Source: a virus
Length of the DNA: 64,000 nt
Direction: 5' to 3' (one strand)
Virus record (IMG/VR): IMGVR_UViG_3300037797_000117
Span: 102,388 to 166,387 of that record
The translations under genes and the position numbers were made by a program. Shown here piece after piece: positions 9,594-19,015 of the stretch. Each line of letters starts with the position of its first letter. Within the stretch, counting starts at the first letter, position 1. The notes under the pieces are model-generated. The model saw only the letters and a program-made list of their open reading frames with translations. It searched no databases and was not told where the DNA came from.

Positions 9594-10132
9594 GCGCACC
9601 TGTCGACGAAGTCCGGATGGTGATGGTGGCCGGGTGGTGTGCCCGCCACGACTGCCGGCGGCCGTTCGTCGTGGCGCACCCGGTCCGTAACGTCGACGGC
9701 TGGCCGACCACATGCTCGAGCACCTGCGCCCGCAGGTGCGCCAAGCGGCGCCGCGGTTCGCTCCTGGCAGCGAACCGCCACGCTGTCGCCGCGGCGGGGC
9801 GGCGGTGCCGGATGTGTTGGAACCGGCCCCGGGTCGGGCCGAGCCCGGTGTGCACGCCGTGCTGGGTGAGCGGGCGCGAATCGGCGACCCGCATGTGCAG
9901 TGGCAAGCGGCGACTCGGGATGGATGCGGCCTTGGACCGGGCCGGTGCGGCGGGTGTCTTCGAGGGCCGGGACATGGAGGCGTACTGGTGTCCGGTCTGC
10001 GGGTGGTGGCACATCGGCAACGCCGGGCCCCGGGAGGACCGCAAGCGGCGGGTGTTGGCGGCGGCGATGTACGTCGACACGCTCGACCCGGGCCGGCTGG
10101 AACAGTTGCGGTCCGCCTGGGAGCCGCAGTAG
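9590..10132 (+). CDS. Cys-rich Zn-finger protein
   Basis: Several CxxC plus AYWCPVCGWWHIG; GTGA overlap. Confidence 0.65.
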   Translation: MSAPVDEVRMVMVAGWCARHDCRRPFVVAHPVRNVDGWPTTCSSTCARRCAKRRRGSLLAANRHAVAAAGRRCRMCWNRPRVGPSPVCTPCWVSGRESATRMCSGKRRLGMDAALDRAGAAGVFEGRDMEAYWCPVCGWWHIGNAGPREDRKRRVLAAAMYVDTLDPGRLEQLRSAWEPQ

Positions 10133-10736
10133 CCGGTCACGCCGGGGTGGGTTCTGGGTTGGTGCGTAGGTACAACACCCGTGTCGGGTGTTCACCCATC
10201 GCGGCGGGGCACCAGAACACGGTCGGGAATTCGGCCAGGACCACGTCGGCGATCTGCGGGGCGTAGTCGGCGACCCCGACCAGCCGGAACGAGGGGTGGG
10301 TCAGGGCGTCGATGATGCGGGCGCGTGCTTCGGCCTGTGCTTCGTCGACCGCTACCGGCACCCCGTGCCCCCTTGCCCCGTCTCTGGTGGTTCGCGACGC
10401 AGCACACCCGCGGGTCGCGCCAGCTGGCGCACGACGCAAGACGGTCCTTTGAGCTCGGCTCACGGCGGCCCTTGCCCGAGGGCGCAACCGTGGGTGTGCT
10501 GCGTACCGGCCACCCTAGCCGCGGTGGTGGGGTGTAACGGGCGAAACGCCGAACCACCTGCCGCATTTCCGCGAACACCGATGTGGGCGAGTTACGCGAG
10601 TGACTTCGAAGATCACGCTAGGGTGGCCGGTGAGGTTGTGGCGCGCGGGCAAACACACCACACACACGGCAACCCCCTGGCGGGGTGGGCCGCTGCCGTC
10701 GCGCACCATAGCTGTGGCCGAGTGCGGGGGGCAGCG

Positions 10737-11018
10737 ATGTGGAAAACGGTGTGGCGGGTGGTCAGTCGTGGCCTGTCCGAGCCGGTCATGTGCGAAGGCC
10801 ACCACTGGCATGTGACCGGGCGGGGCTGGGCGTGTTGTGCGTGTCCGGGCCGGGCGTCGGGCCGGCGGGGCCGCCCGGCCGGCCCGGTGGGCCAGGCGGT
10901 GCGGTGCAAGTCGCCGGTGGAGGCGACGGCCGGGTTGGAGAAGTGGCTGACGCAGATCGCGCCGCCGCGGGTACGGTTCGTGACCCGGCGGAACAGCCGG
11001 GACCGGGAACTGGTGTAG
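10737..11018 (+). CDS. small Cys/His-rich hypothetical protein
   Basis: CEGHHWH...CCAC. Confidence 0.5.
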   Translation: MWKTVWRVVSRGLSEPVMCEGHHWHVTGRGWACCACPGRASGRRGRPAGPVGQAVRCKSPVEATAGLEKWLTQIAPPRVRFVTRRNSRDRELV

Positions 11019-11032
11019 ACCCGCCACCGGCG

Positions 11033-11257
11033 GTGCCGCAGGTGCGGGTCGAGATTTGCGCCGGTGGACATCAGGTGATCGTTGAGGCGCCCGAGTCGTT
11101 GGAACAGGTGGAAGCGGCCGCGATGCGGCTGTGGACGGCCACCGACGACCCGCGTCTGCTGCGAGGGTTCGGCCCGGTCGGGTTCGTCACGGAACAGGTC
11201 GGGGCTCCGATGCCGCCGGATCTGACGTTGCCGGGCCGCCTCACCGAATGGGAGTGA
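11033..11257 (+). CDS. hypothetical protein
   Basis: ORF track, fits operon. Confidence 0.5.
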   Translation: MPQVRVEICAGGHQVIVEAPESLEQVEAAAMRLWTATDDPRLLRGFGPVGFVTEQVGAPMPPDLTLPGRLTEWE

Positions 11258-11263
11258 CCTGTT

Positions 11264-11674
11264 ATGCCGATGCACGTTGCTGAACCTGTCAGTACCGACG
11301 ACCTGGTTAAGCTGTTGGCCACGTTGGTGGGGCCGGTCGAGGTGATGTTGTCCGCCGTCGCGGACGGCGCGGTCGGGGTGATGCGGACGCTGCTCGACCA
11401 GGCGTTCGAGCATGGCCGGGCGGCGGGGCTGGCCGACGCCGAACATCGGGTGTCGAAGGTTGTCGGGACCCGGGCGGTGGACACCAACGGCATCGACGGG
11501 GTGCTGGTGCGGTGCGGCACGTGCGGCGGTGACGGGCTCCTGGTGCAGGCCGACCAGGGGTTGGACCCGGGCGCCGGGGTGTACGACCCGGCCGCCACCG
11601 CGATCATCCCGAAGATCGGCAACGATCCGACGGCGACGACGAAGTTCTACATGGACCCGCGGCGGCGGGACTAG
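11264..11674 (+). CDS. hypothetical protein
   Basis: GGGAG RBS; CGTCGGDG motif. Confidence 0.6.
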   Translation: MPMHVAEPVSTDDLVKLLATLVGPVEVMLSAVADGAVGVMRTLLDQAFEHGRAAGLADAEHRVSKVVGTRAVDTNGIDGVLVRCGTCGGDGLLVQADQGLDPGAGVYDPAATAIIPKIGNDPTATTKFYMDPRRRD

Positions 11675-11715
11675 CCGGCCGGCAGGCCGGGGCACAGCTC
11701 GACGGGGGAACCAGC

Positions 11716-12828
11716 ATGCGCAGCCAGATCGTCAACTACAAGAACCGCAGCCCCGGACACCGGCGGGGGCGGCTGGTCAACGTCGGGTTCTTCCTGCACC
11801 AGGTGCCGCGGCCGTTGCTGGCGTGTGCCCTGCTCGGGCACCGCTGCGTCGTCGACGGCTACGACTCCCGTGCCGCCATGGCCGCGCCACCCGCCGACTT
11901 CGAGGGCAGGCGGCTGCGGTGGGTGGTGTGTTCCCGCTGCGGGGACCGGCCCACCCCGCAGGGGGCGTTGGACCCGGACCGGTGGAACCTGGGTGAGAAG
12001 TACACCGGCTGCCACGGCGACTACGTCGACCCGGCCCGGTACGGCCCGTTGAAGGACCTCAAGTTTTATCCGCCCGGCCCGTACCGGTGGAACGACGCCC
12101 GCGGCGAGCTCGGCGGGCAGGTCATCGTCGGCCGGCAGGAGATGGGGATCGGGTTCGGGTTCAAAATCGGCAACGGCGGCTCCGAGCAGCCCCTCGCCGC
12201 GCACCTGCATCTGGGGTTGTTGGGTGCCCTGTACCTGCACACCGGCGGCGGCATCGGCCGCGGGGTGCAGCGGCGGCTGAACCCGGACCGGCCCGGGGTG
12301 TGGAACTCCCGCGTCGTCGAAGTCGCGCTGCGCCGCGGCACCCTGTCGTGGAAGGTGTGGGCCAAACGCGACGAATACAGCCGCACCGACCCGTGGTGGC
12401 AGCAGGGCCGGGTCAACCTGCGGCCCTTGGACGTGCTGCTCGGCCCGAAACGGGTCGACCACCGTGACGTGCCCGGCGGGGTCGCCACCCGCATCGTGCG
12501 GATGCCCGAAGGGGACTACCTGGTCGGGTTGAAACTGCAACAGGTCACCGTGGGGCGTCGGCGGGGCCGGCGCCGGCGGCTGCCGTACGAGGTGGACTGG
12601 TCAGCCCTCGGCAAAGGGATCCCCACCGAAGGGCCACTGCGGGGGCGGACGTTCGGGGCGTCGGTGGCAGTGTCCGACCCGTCCGTCGACGCCGGTACCT
12701 GGGCGGCGGAGGCCGCCGCGAAGGTGGCGGCGCAGGTCGCGATGTGGCGGACCCGGGAAGGGTGGGAACCCACCGGCCTGGTCCAGGTCGACACGGTCCC
12801 GGCCGACACGGTGCAGGTGACGCCGTGA
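11716..12828 (+). CDS. hypothetical protein (370 aa)
   Basis: Long ORF with RBS and typical codon usage. Confidence 0.7.
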   Translation: MRSQIVNYKNRSPGHRRGRLVNVGFFLHQVPRPLLACALLGHRCVVDGYDSRAAMAAPPADFEGRRLRWVVCSRCGDRPTPQGALDPDRWNLGEKYTGCHGDYVDPARYGPLKDLKFYPPGPYRWNDARGELGGQVIVGRQEMGIGFGFKIGNGGSEQPLAAHLHLGLLGALYLHTGGGIGRGVQRRLNPDRPGVWNSRVVEVALRRGTLSWKVWAKRDEYSRTDPWWQQGRVNLRPLDVLLGPKRVDHRDVPGGVATRIVRMPEGDYLVGLKLQQVTVGRRRGRRRRLPYEVDWSALGKGIPTEGPLRGRTFGASVAVSDPSVDAGTWAAEAAAKVAAQVAMWRTREGWEPTGLVQVDTVPADTVQVTP

Positions 12829-13046
12829 CCGTGGAACGGCACCTGCTGGTGACCAACACCGACGTTGCTGATTTGACCGCCGCCCTGTCCTGGGCGGTCC
12901 GGGCCGTCGACACCGAGTTTTCCACCGCCACCATGGTGAAGATCGTGGTGGAGCAGACCATGCAGTGTGACACCGACGAGGTGGACTGGCGGTACGTGTG
13001 GTCCGCGGCGGTCAGCGGCTCTCTCGACGAAGAGGCTGAGTCGTGA
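12825..13046 (+). CDS. hypothetical protein
   Basis: GTGA overlaps both ends. Confidence 0.55.
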   Translation: MTVERHLLVTNTDVADLTAALSWAVRAVDTEFSTATMVKIVVEQTMQCDTDEVDWRYVWSAAVSGSLDEEAES

Positions 13047-13291
13047 ATGCCGACCGGCCCGAACGGATCCCGTACGAAGACATCGCGGACATTGTGCGGG
13101 AATGGCCGACCCCACGCGGCTATGGCCCGTTCATCGCCGGGAAGTACCAGGTGCCGTTGGCGACCGCGCGGCGGTGGGTGTACCAGACCCGGCTGCGTGG
13201 GCTGTTGCCGGCCGGCACCGGGGACCGGCCGTGCCCGTCGTGTGCCGGCAGCGGCGTCGCCCATTGGGGTTCGAGGCGGCGGACCGCATGA
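13043..13291 (+). CDS. HTH protein with C-terminal CxxCxGxG
   Basis: IAGKYQVPLATARRWVYQTRLRGLL; CPSCAGSG. Confidence 0.6.
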   Translation: MNADRPERIPYEDIADIVREWPTPRGYGPFIAGKYQVPLATARRWVYQTRLRGLLPAGTGDRPCPSCAGSGVAHWGSRRRTA

Positions 13292-13509
13292 CCGACACCA
13301 ACCCGGACCCCGACGACACCGCCGTCGACAACGACCCCGACCACGACGACGGGGTGGATGAGGGGCGGTACACGCCGCGGCGGCTGTGGCAGGCATTCAA
13401 CACCTGGATCGACACGTACGCCTGGACCATCATCACCCTCGGCGTCGCCCTGATCCTGCTCGACGTCCTCATCGTGTTGACGTTCGTCCTGTTCCAGGTA
13501 TTCCGATAG
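13288..13509 (+). CDS. small membrane protein
   Basis: Single C-terminal hydrophobic helix. Confidence 0.55.
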   Translation: MTDTNPDPDDTAVDNDPDHDDGVDEGRYTPRRLWQAFNTWIDTYAWTIITLGVALILLDVLIVLTFVLFQVFR

Positions 13510-13616
13510 GGCCCCGGACAAAGTGAAGCGGCAGCTTGCCCCCGCCAGCTGCCGCCCCGAACAGACCCCCACTCCCGAGGTGTCCGACCGCACACGATAG
13601 CGGACGGAGACCTGCC

Positions 13617-14744
13617 ATGCCCGAATCCCACACCGTAGCGGCGTGTGTGGTGTGCCGCCGCCGCGAGCCCCAGTCCGGGCAGGTATGCGACCCGTGCCAG
13701 GCCCGGATCGTGGCCGGCCTCGCCGACCTGGTCGACAAGTTGGGCCGGCTCCACCTCGCCGTCGTCCCATCACCGGCCGCCGCCGCCGACCGGGTATCAA
13801 CCTCACGCACCGGTGCACCTGTCCCGGCCCGGATGGACGCCCTGTCCCTGGTCGGCCCCGGCAACGAATCGGTCACCGCGATCCTGCACCCGCTGGTGCG
13901 GCGCTGGTCCACGTCGCGGATCGTCACCGTCACCACGGTGCGCGCCAACCGGTTCCACATCGACGAGCGGGTCATCACCGACTGGTTCCAGGAGGTGGCC
14001 CGCGACGACGCCGGCGCCCCGCTCCTGGTCGCCGACGACGACCAGGTCGGTGTCCTCCCGCCGCGGGAATGGCTCGACTCGTGGGTGCGGGCGTGGCGGG
14101 CCCATTTCCGGCACCACCCGCCCCGCCGCCGGACGCGGCCCGCCGCCCCGGCCGCTGCCGTACCCGTGCGTGGCTACGTCGACCCGCTGCGCCGCGAATG
14201 GGAAACCCGGTTCGGGGAGCCGGCCCGCGACGTCGCTGTCCACACCAACGTCAACTATTTGGCGACGTGGCTCGGGCAGGCCTGCGAAGACGACGTCGGG
14301 ATCGCCGCGTTCTCCCACGAACTACGCCACCTCCTGGCCGAACTGACCCGGGTGCTGGGGGAAACCCCCGACCAGCAGTGGCTGGGACGCTGCCCGGCCA
14401 TCATCTCCGACCCGGACGGCGGCTCGGCGGCGTGCGCGGCCGGGCTGTGGCAGGACCCCCACGCCTCCCAGGTCATCTGCCCCCGCTGCCACTCGACGTG
14501 GGGGCCCCGGCCGGTGGAGCTCCTCCACTTGGCCGCCGAGATCCGGCGGGTGTGGCCCGTCGACCGCAGGCGCCGCTACACCCGCACCGACATTGGGCAG
14601 CTTCGCACCTTGTCGTGCCCGGGGTGTGCCGGCCCGGTCAACATCCGGTGGCGTGACGTCACCGCCACCGTCGACACCGAACCGTGGTGGCGGCCGGAAC
14701 GGGCGGTATGCCCGGCCGGGTGCGACACAGAAAGGCTGATCTGA
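13617..14744 (+). CDS. actinophage-type multi-Zn-ribbon protein (possible late regulator)
   Basis: CVVC...CDPC N-terminus; GRCP...C...CPRCHSTW; GGAG RBS. Confidence 0.7.
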   Translation: MPESHTVAACVVCRRREPQSGQVCDPCQARIVAGLADLVDKLGRLHLAVVPSPAAAADRVSTSRTGAPVPARMDALSLVGPGNESVTAILHPLVRRWSTSRIVTVTTVRANRFHIDERVITDWFQEVARDDAGAPLLVADDDQVGVLPPREWLDSWVRAWRAHFRHHPPRRRTRPAAPAAAVPVRGYVDPLRREWETRFGEPARDVAVHTNVNYLATWLGQACEDDVGIAAFSHELRHLLAELTRVLGETPDQQWLGRCPAIISDPDGGSAACAAGLWQDPHASQVICPRCHSTWGPRPVELLHLAAEIRRVWPVDRRRRYTRTDIGQLRTLSCPGCAGPVNIRWRDVTATVDTEPWWRPERAVCPAGCDTERLI

Positions 14745-14745
14745 C

Positions 14746-15648
14746 ATGACAACAGCGTCGCCAGACCCGGACCGGGGCAGCGTGTGGGTAGCTGCGGTCG
14801 GGACGCACTACCTCGGCGAGGGATGGACCGACCTCGGCTACATCGACGAAACCGGCCTCGTGCCCGATCCGGACCCGCCACCCGCCCGGGCACCGGGCGG
14901 CACCGCCGACTTCGTCGACCGGCTCGACGCCGCCGTCGACGGGCGCTGCGGCTGCGGCTGCGGCACCCCCATCACCGACAGCTCCCCGTCGGCGTACTAC
15001 GCCACCGCCCACTGCCAGTCGGCGTGGATGAACCAGCACGCCACCAACCCGGGCGAGGTGTACTCCCGCCCCGACGCCGCGTCGGTCCTCGTCGGCTCCG
15101 ACGACACCCCGATCCCGCTGCGCGAGCCGGCCCGGTCCCCCACCGGCGGCGGGTCGGGTGGCGCCAGCGGCGGGTGGGCGCCGCCGGGCGACCGGTTACA
15201 GGTGTACGGGCCGGGCACGCTTCCCGACTTTCTGTCCTACCACCGGTGGTGCGACGGTTGCCGCACCGCGACCGTGCCGGTCATCGTCGAAGACGACACC
15301 CACGACATCACGGTCGTCGGCGTGTGGGAACCGGTCCGGTCCTACCCGACGGGCCACCGCCAGTGGTGCTCGGCATGCGAAGCCACCTCGGCCGGGCCGG
15401 TGTACCTCCCGACCGTGGAAACCGACCGGGGCCCGGTCCCCGGCTGGCTGTTCACCCTGTCCGGAAGTTACGGCCGGGTGTCATCGGCCCTGTCCCGGCT
15501 CGCGCTGGACCGGGCCGCCAACCGGCGGCTCCTCGTCGACTCGACGTGGCGCAGCATGGAACGCGACCTGGGCCGCTTCGAGCGGGAATGGTCCGGTCGG
15601 GCCGGGCGCCGGGCCGCCGCCGACCGGTGCACCGACCCACGCCTGTGA
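14746..15648 (+). CDS. hypothetical protein with CGCGCG Zn-finger
   Basis: CGCGCGTPI...YYATAHCQ. Confidence 0.6.
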   Translation: MTTASPDPDRGSVWVAAVGTHYLGEGWTDLGYIDETGLVPDPDPPPARAPGGTADFVDRLDAAVDGRCGCGCGTPITDSSPSAYYATAHCQSAWMNQHATNPGEVYSRPDAASVLVGSDDTPIPLREPARSPTGGGSGGASGGWAPPGDRLQVYGPGTLPDFLSYHRWCDGCRTATVPVIVEDDTHDITVVGVWEPVRSYPTGHRQWCSACEATSAGPVYLPTVETDRGPVPGWLFTLSGSYGRVSSALSRLALDRAANRRLLVDSTWRSMERDLGRFEREWSGRAGRRAAADRCTDPRL

Positions 15649-15917
15649 TTCTCACCTGGGACGGGGAACGTCCCCTCGCCGACGCCGACATGTTGGCCTC
15701 CCTGTATGAGGTGTCACCCCGCACGGTGCGGCGGCACTGCACCCCGGCCCGGTACCTGCCAAGGGTGGGGCTGCCCCGCGGTGTCGGCGGCACCGCCCTG
15801 TATGACGCCATCGCCGCCGGGGACGCCCTGGCCGGGATCGCCCCCCGCCCCGAGCGGACGCTGGCGGCGTTGCGGTACCGCGCTGAGCAGGAACGCAAGG
15901 GTCAGCGGGGACGCTGA
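15645..15917 (+). CDS. small HTH protein
   Basis: LASLYEVSPRTVRRHC; GTGA overlap. Confidence 0.6.
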   Translation: MILTWDGERPLADADMLASLYEVSPRTVRRHCTPARYLPRVGLPRGVGGTALYDAIAAGDALAGIAPRPERTLAALRYRAEQERKGQRGR

Positions 15918-15941
15918 CACAGATCCACAGACAACAGGGGG

Positions 15942-15971
15942 TTGCGTCGTTCCCGGGGTACGGGGTACGGT
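15942..15971 (+). promoter_or_regulatory. sigma70-type promoter with GGGGTAC tandem repeat (copy 1)
   Basis: TTGCGT-N18-TACGGT; same architecture at 24926 and 35483. Confidence 0.6.
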
Positions 15972-16017
15972 AGTGGAGCAAGTACGGCGGAGGGGTTGCA
16001 ACCCGAGCCGGGCGAGC

Positions 16018-16114
16018 AAAGCGATGGTGTAGCGGTAGCACCCCGCCCCGAGTACCCCCGCTGGCAGGTGGGGGGAAACGGGCGGCGGGCCAGGTTCGAA
16101 TCCTGGGCGCTTGC
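16018..16114 (+). ncRNA. tRNA-like RNA with expanded anticodon arm
   Basis: D-arm TGGTGTAGCGGTAGCAC and T-arm CCAGG-TTCGAAT-CCTGG flanking a long GC hairpin; imperfect acceptor stem. Confidence 0.55.
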
Positions 16115-16347
16115 GGAAGACACGGCGGGGCACCGGCCGTGTCACCCCTGAAGGACACCTCTACTGCCAGGTAGGCGGTGTTCAACCCACAGGTGCAAGG
16201 ACCCGGAAGCTAGCGCCGGGAACGAACTCCGGTACCGGGGTACCGGTGCGAGGACGGGGGGAACAATTTCCCCTTAATCCGCCCAGGAAGGGCTCCCGTC
16301 AGGGAAGCACCTGGGACCGGCCTCGCACCGGGCGCCGGAACCACACT

Positions 16348-16427
16348 GGGGATGCATGGGCAAGCCCAACCGGGCCGGCGGCAAGCCGGCAACCGAGGGA
16401 ACGTCGGTTCGACTCCGACCATCTCCA
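16348..16427 (+). ncRNA. 80-nt tmRNA-TLD-like RNA with alanine identity and no anticodon
   Basis: GGGGATG/CATCTCC-A acceptor with G3:U70; T-arm GTCGG-TTCGACT-CCGAC. Confidence 0.6.
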
Positions 16428-16608
16428 CAGGGCAATGCTGCTGAGCACGCTCCCCGACCCCCACACCAGGGGCACGTCGGGCCTAGGGCAAAAGGCAGCC
16501 GGCGGCGACCGTAACCGGCACGAAGGACGCAAGGCTCAGGAGGGCGTCCCACGAACGGCTAGGGATGAGGCCGTTCACCCCGTTCCCCCGACGGAAGGGC
16601 ACCCGACG

Positions 16609-16836
16609 ATGGCCGACAGGACGCTCACGATCACCCACCACGGTCAGACCTTCGACGTGGTCCGGCACAAGCCGAAGTACACCCACCTACGCGTCCCGTC
16701 CAGCGACCCCGACCGCGACCCCTACGACGTGGTCGTGGACAAGGACGGCGCCCGCTGCACCTGCAAGGGCCACCTCTTCGGCAAGATGTGCCGGCACAAG
16801 AAGCTGGCGCAGAGCCTGGCCGGTCAGACCAGCTAG
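16609..16836 (+). CDS. SWIM Zn-finger protein
   Basis: YDV...CTCKGHLFGKMCRH. Confidence 0.75.
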   Translation: MADRTLTITHHGQTFDVVRHKPKYTHLRVPSSDPDRDPYDVVVDKDGARCTCKGHLFGKMCRHKKLAQSLAGQTS

Positions 16837-16879
16837 AACAACCCGCACACCCGTTTCCCCAACGGAAAGGATCCCCACC

Positions 16880-17008
16880 ATGTGGTTGCTGGACATGCTG
16901 TTCGGCAGCTCCGACGACTCGACCGACGAGGTTTACGGCGGCGACGACGGCTACGACGGCGCCGACTGGGAAGACGACTTCGACGGCTACGACGAAGACG
17001 AGTTCTGA
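16880..17008 (+). CDS. 42-aa very acidic protein
   Basis: GAAAGGA RBS; MWLLDMLFGSSDDSTDEVYGGDDGYDGADWEDDFDGYDEDEF. Confidence 0.65.
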   Translation: MWLLDMLFGSSDDSTDEVYGGDDGYDGADWEDDFDGYDEDEF

Positions 17009-17018
17009 GGCGATCGCC

Positions 17019-17201
17019 GTGGCCTACCTGGTGTACGACGCCATCAACGCGGTCTTCGAGGTGTGCTGCGCCGACGACGGCTGCAACGGAGGAGTGGTCG
17101 GCACGTTCGACTACGAGGACGACGCCGACGAGTACGCCGAAGACCACGAATACGAGCACGACGTCGCCGCGTACGCCGACTACAACGGGGAGGTGTTCTG
17201 A
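17019..17201 (+). CDS. 60-aa acidic Cys/His protein
   Basis: GAGG RBS; paralogous to next ORF (DGCN...GxFDxExDA). Confidence 0.65.
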   Translation: MAYLVYDAINAVFEVCCADDGCNGGVVGTFDYEDDADEYAEDHEYEHDVAAYADYNGEVF

Positions 17202-17205
17202 CCGG

Positions 17206-17361
17206 GTGGCCGACTACCACTACGACGAGCTGTCCGACGCCTACGACGTCTACTGCGAAGACGGCTGCAACCCGAACAACGACGGCTACCTCGGCAGCTT
17301 CGACGACGAACGCGACGCCATCCTCACCGCCGACAACGACGAGACGTACCACTACGGCTAG
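17206..17361 (+). CDS. 51-aa acidic Cys/His protein
   Basis: GGAGG RBS; paralogous to previous ORF. Confidence 0.65.
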   Translation: MADYHYDELSDAYDVYCEDGCNPNNDGYLGSFDDERDAILTADNDETYHYG

Positions 17362-17686
17362 CGAGGTGCCAGCCGGGCACCGGTTCAGCCAAAAAGCTAG
17401 ACGGCCACCGGCCGAGCACCTACCGTGACACCCAAGCATCACCGACCAGCAGGGAGCCCCACCGTGACATTCGGACAGGCCAACGCCCACCGGCAGCCAT
17501 TGCTGCCCGGCTGGCAGGCCATGGCCGAATGCCCGTCGCGATCCACGACCGGCGAGTACGCGAAGCAGGCCAACCTGGGGATCAGGTGGCGGATGTAGGC
17601 GCAGCACATCGAGCGCCGAGAGCCGCCCTCCCCCCACCGGGACAGGGCGGCTCTCCCGTTTGACCGGACAACTCCACAGCACCCTT

Positions 17687-17759
17687 TCGGGCGTAGCTCA
17701 ACTGGAAGAGCAGCGGTCTCCAAAGCCGCAAGTTGCAGGTTCGAGTCCTGTCGCCCGGG
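17687..17759 (+). tRNA. tRNA-Trp(CCA)
   Basis: Manual cloverleaf, loop CTCCAAA. Confidence 0.9.
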
Positions 17760-18149
17760 CGTAACACGAACGGTGCCCTTGATGTCGGGCGCGCACGGCA
17801 CCATTTGAAAAGTCCATAGTGGATGGCAAAGAAAATGTTGCCGCTCACCCGGGCAGGCCCCAGGGGCTGCCGAGGTGAGCGAGGACGCCAACCCGGAACC
17901 CGCACCAGCCACCGGCACAGGTCCCCAGCATCATCGGGGCAGCACCAACGGCGGTGAACCGGTCGGGATTCGGCGGGGCGTCTACATACAGCAGCAAGCT
18001 GCCCCCGTCACGAACGGTAGGGGTAGTTGCCAGGCGGCCCGTGATTCAGCGAGCGGGACGCGGCCGGCAGCAGACGTCGCCGGGCCCCGAGCCGACCCCG
18101 CAAGAGGGGCCGGAAGCCGGACATAGGGCCGGCGCCCGGCGGCGTCAAC

Positions 18150-18222
18150 GGGCCTGTAGCGCAACTGGTAGAGCACCACGCTGGCAGCGTGAAGGTTGGC
18201 GGTTCAAGTCCGCCCAGGTCCA
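18150..18222 (+). tRNA. tRNA-Ala(GGC)
   Basis: Loop CTGGCAG; G3:U70. Confidence 0.9.
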
Positions 18223-18452
18223 CAGGGAGCGTCCAACAACGGTCTCCCATCAATCTGGTACCGCCGGGATAAGAGCCCCCGGGGGGAGCTGGCGACCGGC
18301 CCTGCACCGCGGCGGGATGCACACCTGCCCCGGAGGCCGTCTGGTCGCCTCGCCGGTCTGGCATGACCGGCGGGAACGGCGGTACCTGACAACTTCAACC
18401 GGCCTGGTCGCCGGCAACCTCCCGAGTCCTCGTGTCGACACGAGGAGGAGCC

Positions 18453-18761
18453 ATGACCGCGTTGGATGAAGCGATCGAGCAGTTGCAGCTCACGGAAGTG
18501 TTCGCCGCCGGCGAATACGACTACGAGTGGTGCGAGTTCAAGGCCTGGGTAGCCCCTTCGGGACGCTACTTCTGGTTTGCCGACTCGGGTTGCTCGTGCC
18601 GCGGGTACGGCGAGGACTCGTTCTACTCGGTGTCGGACTTCAGCGATGGAGCCCGCTCGACGTTGGAGCGCGCCTTCCGGGCCTGGCGGCAGAGCAGCGG
18701 CAACGGCCCGCTCGAAGGTGTCGACGAGGCCATGGAGAAGCTCCGGCAGCTCCGGCCCTGA
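18453..18761 (+). CDS. phage hypothetical protein
   Basis: GAGGAGGAG RBS; YDYEW...DSGCSC motif. Confidence 0.75.
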   Translation: MTALDEAIEQLQLTEVFAAGEYDYEWCEFKAWVAPSGRYFWFADSGCSCRGYGEDSFYSVSDFSDGARSTLERAFRAWRQSSGNGPLEGVDEAMEKLRQLRP

Positions 18762-18786
18762 CGACACCGCCCCTTCGGGGGCACCC

Positions 18787-18861
18787 GGTCCGCTAGCTCA
18801 ATGGAAGAGCATCTGACTCTTAATCAGCCGGTTCCCGGTTCGAGCCCGGGGCGGACTACCA
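18787..18861 (+). tRNA. tRNA-Lys(CTT)
   Basis: Loop CTCTTAA; encoded CCA. Confidence 0.9.
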
Positions 18862-19015
18862 GGTACAGCAGTGCGTAACGCACCCCACCGGGGTGTGGCG
18901 TGGCGAGCACCGCCGACCGTGGGAGCGGTACGTGGTGTGGCGCCGGGCAGGGCTCTCCGTGCTCCCACACGCGATCCCGCGGGCCGGTTCCCGCAGCCGA
19001 ACGTGAGTCTGTGCC

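Noticed and set aside
7934-10195. 753-aa - strand ORF and many other long overlapping ORFs
   Set aside because: Antisense shadows of real genes in high-GC DNA, with R/P/G-rich composition and no motifs
14746-14860. WTDLGYIDETG resembling a tail-tube protein motif
   Set aside because: Rest of the protein is a Zn-finger hypothetical and no structural module surrounds it
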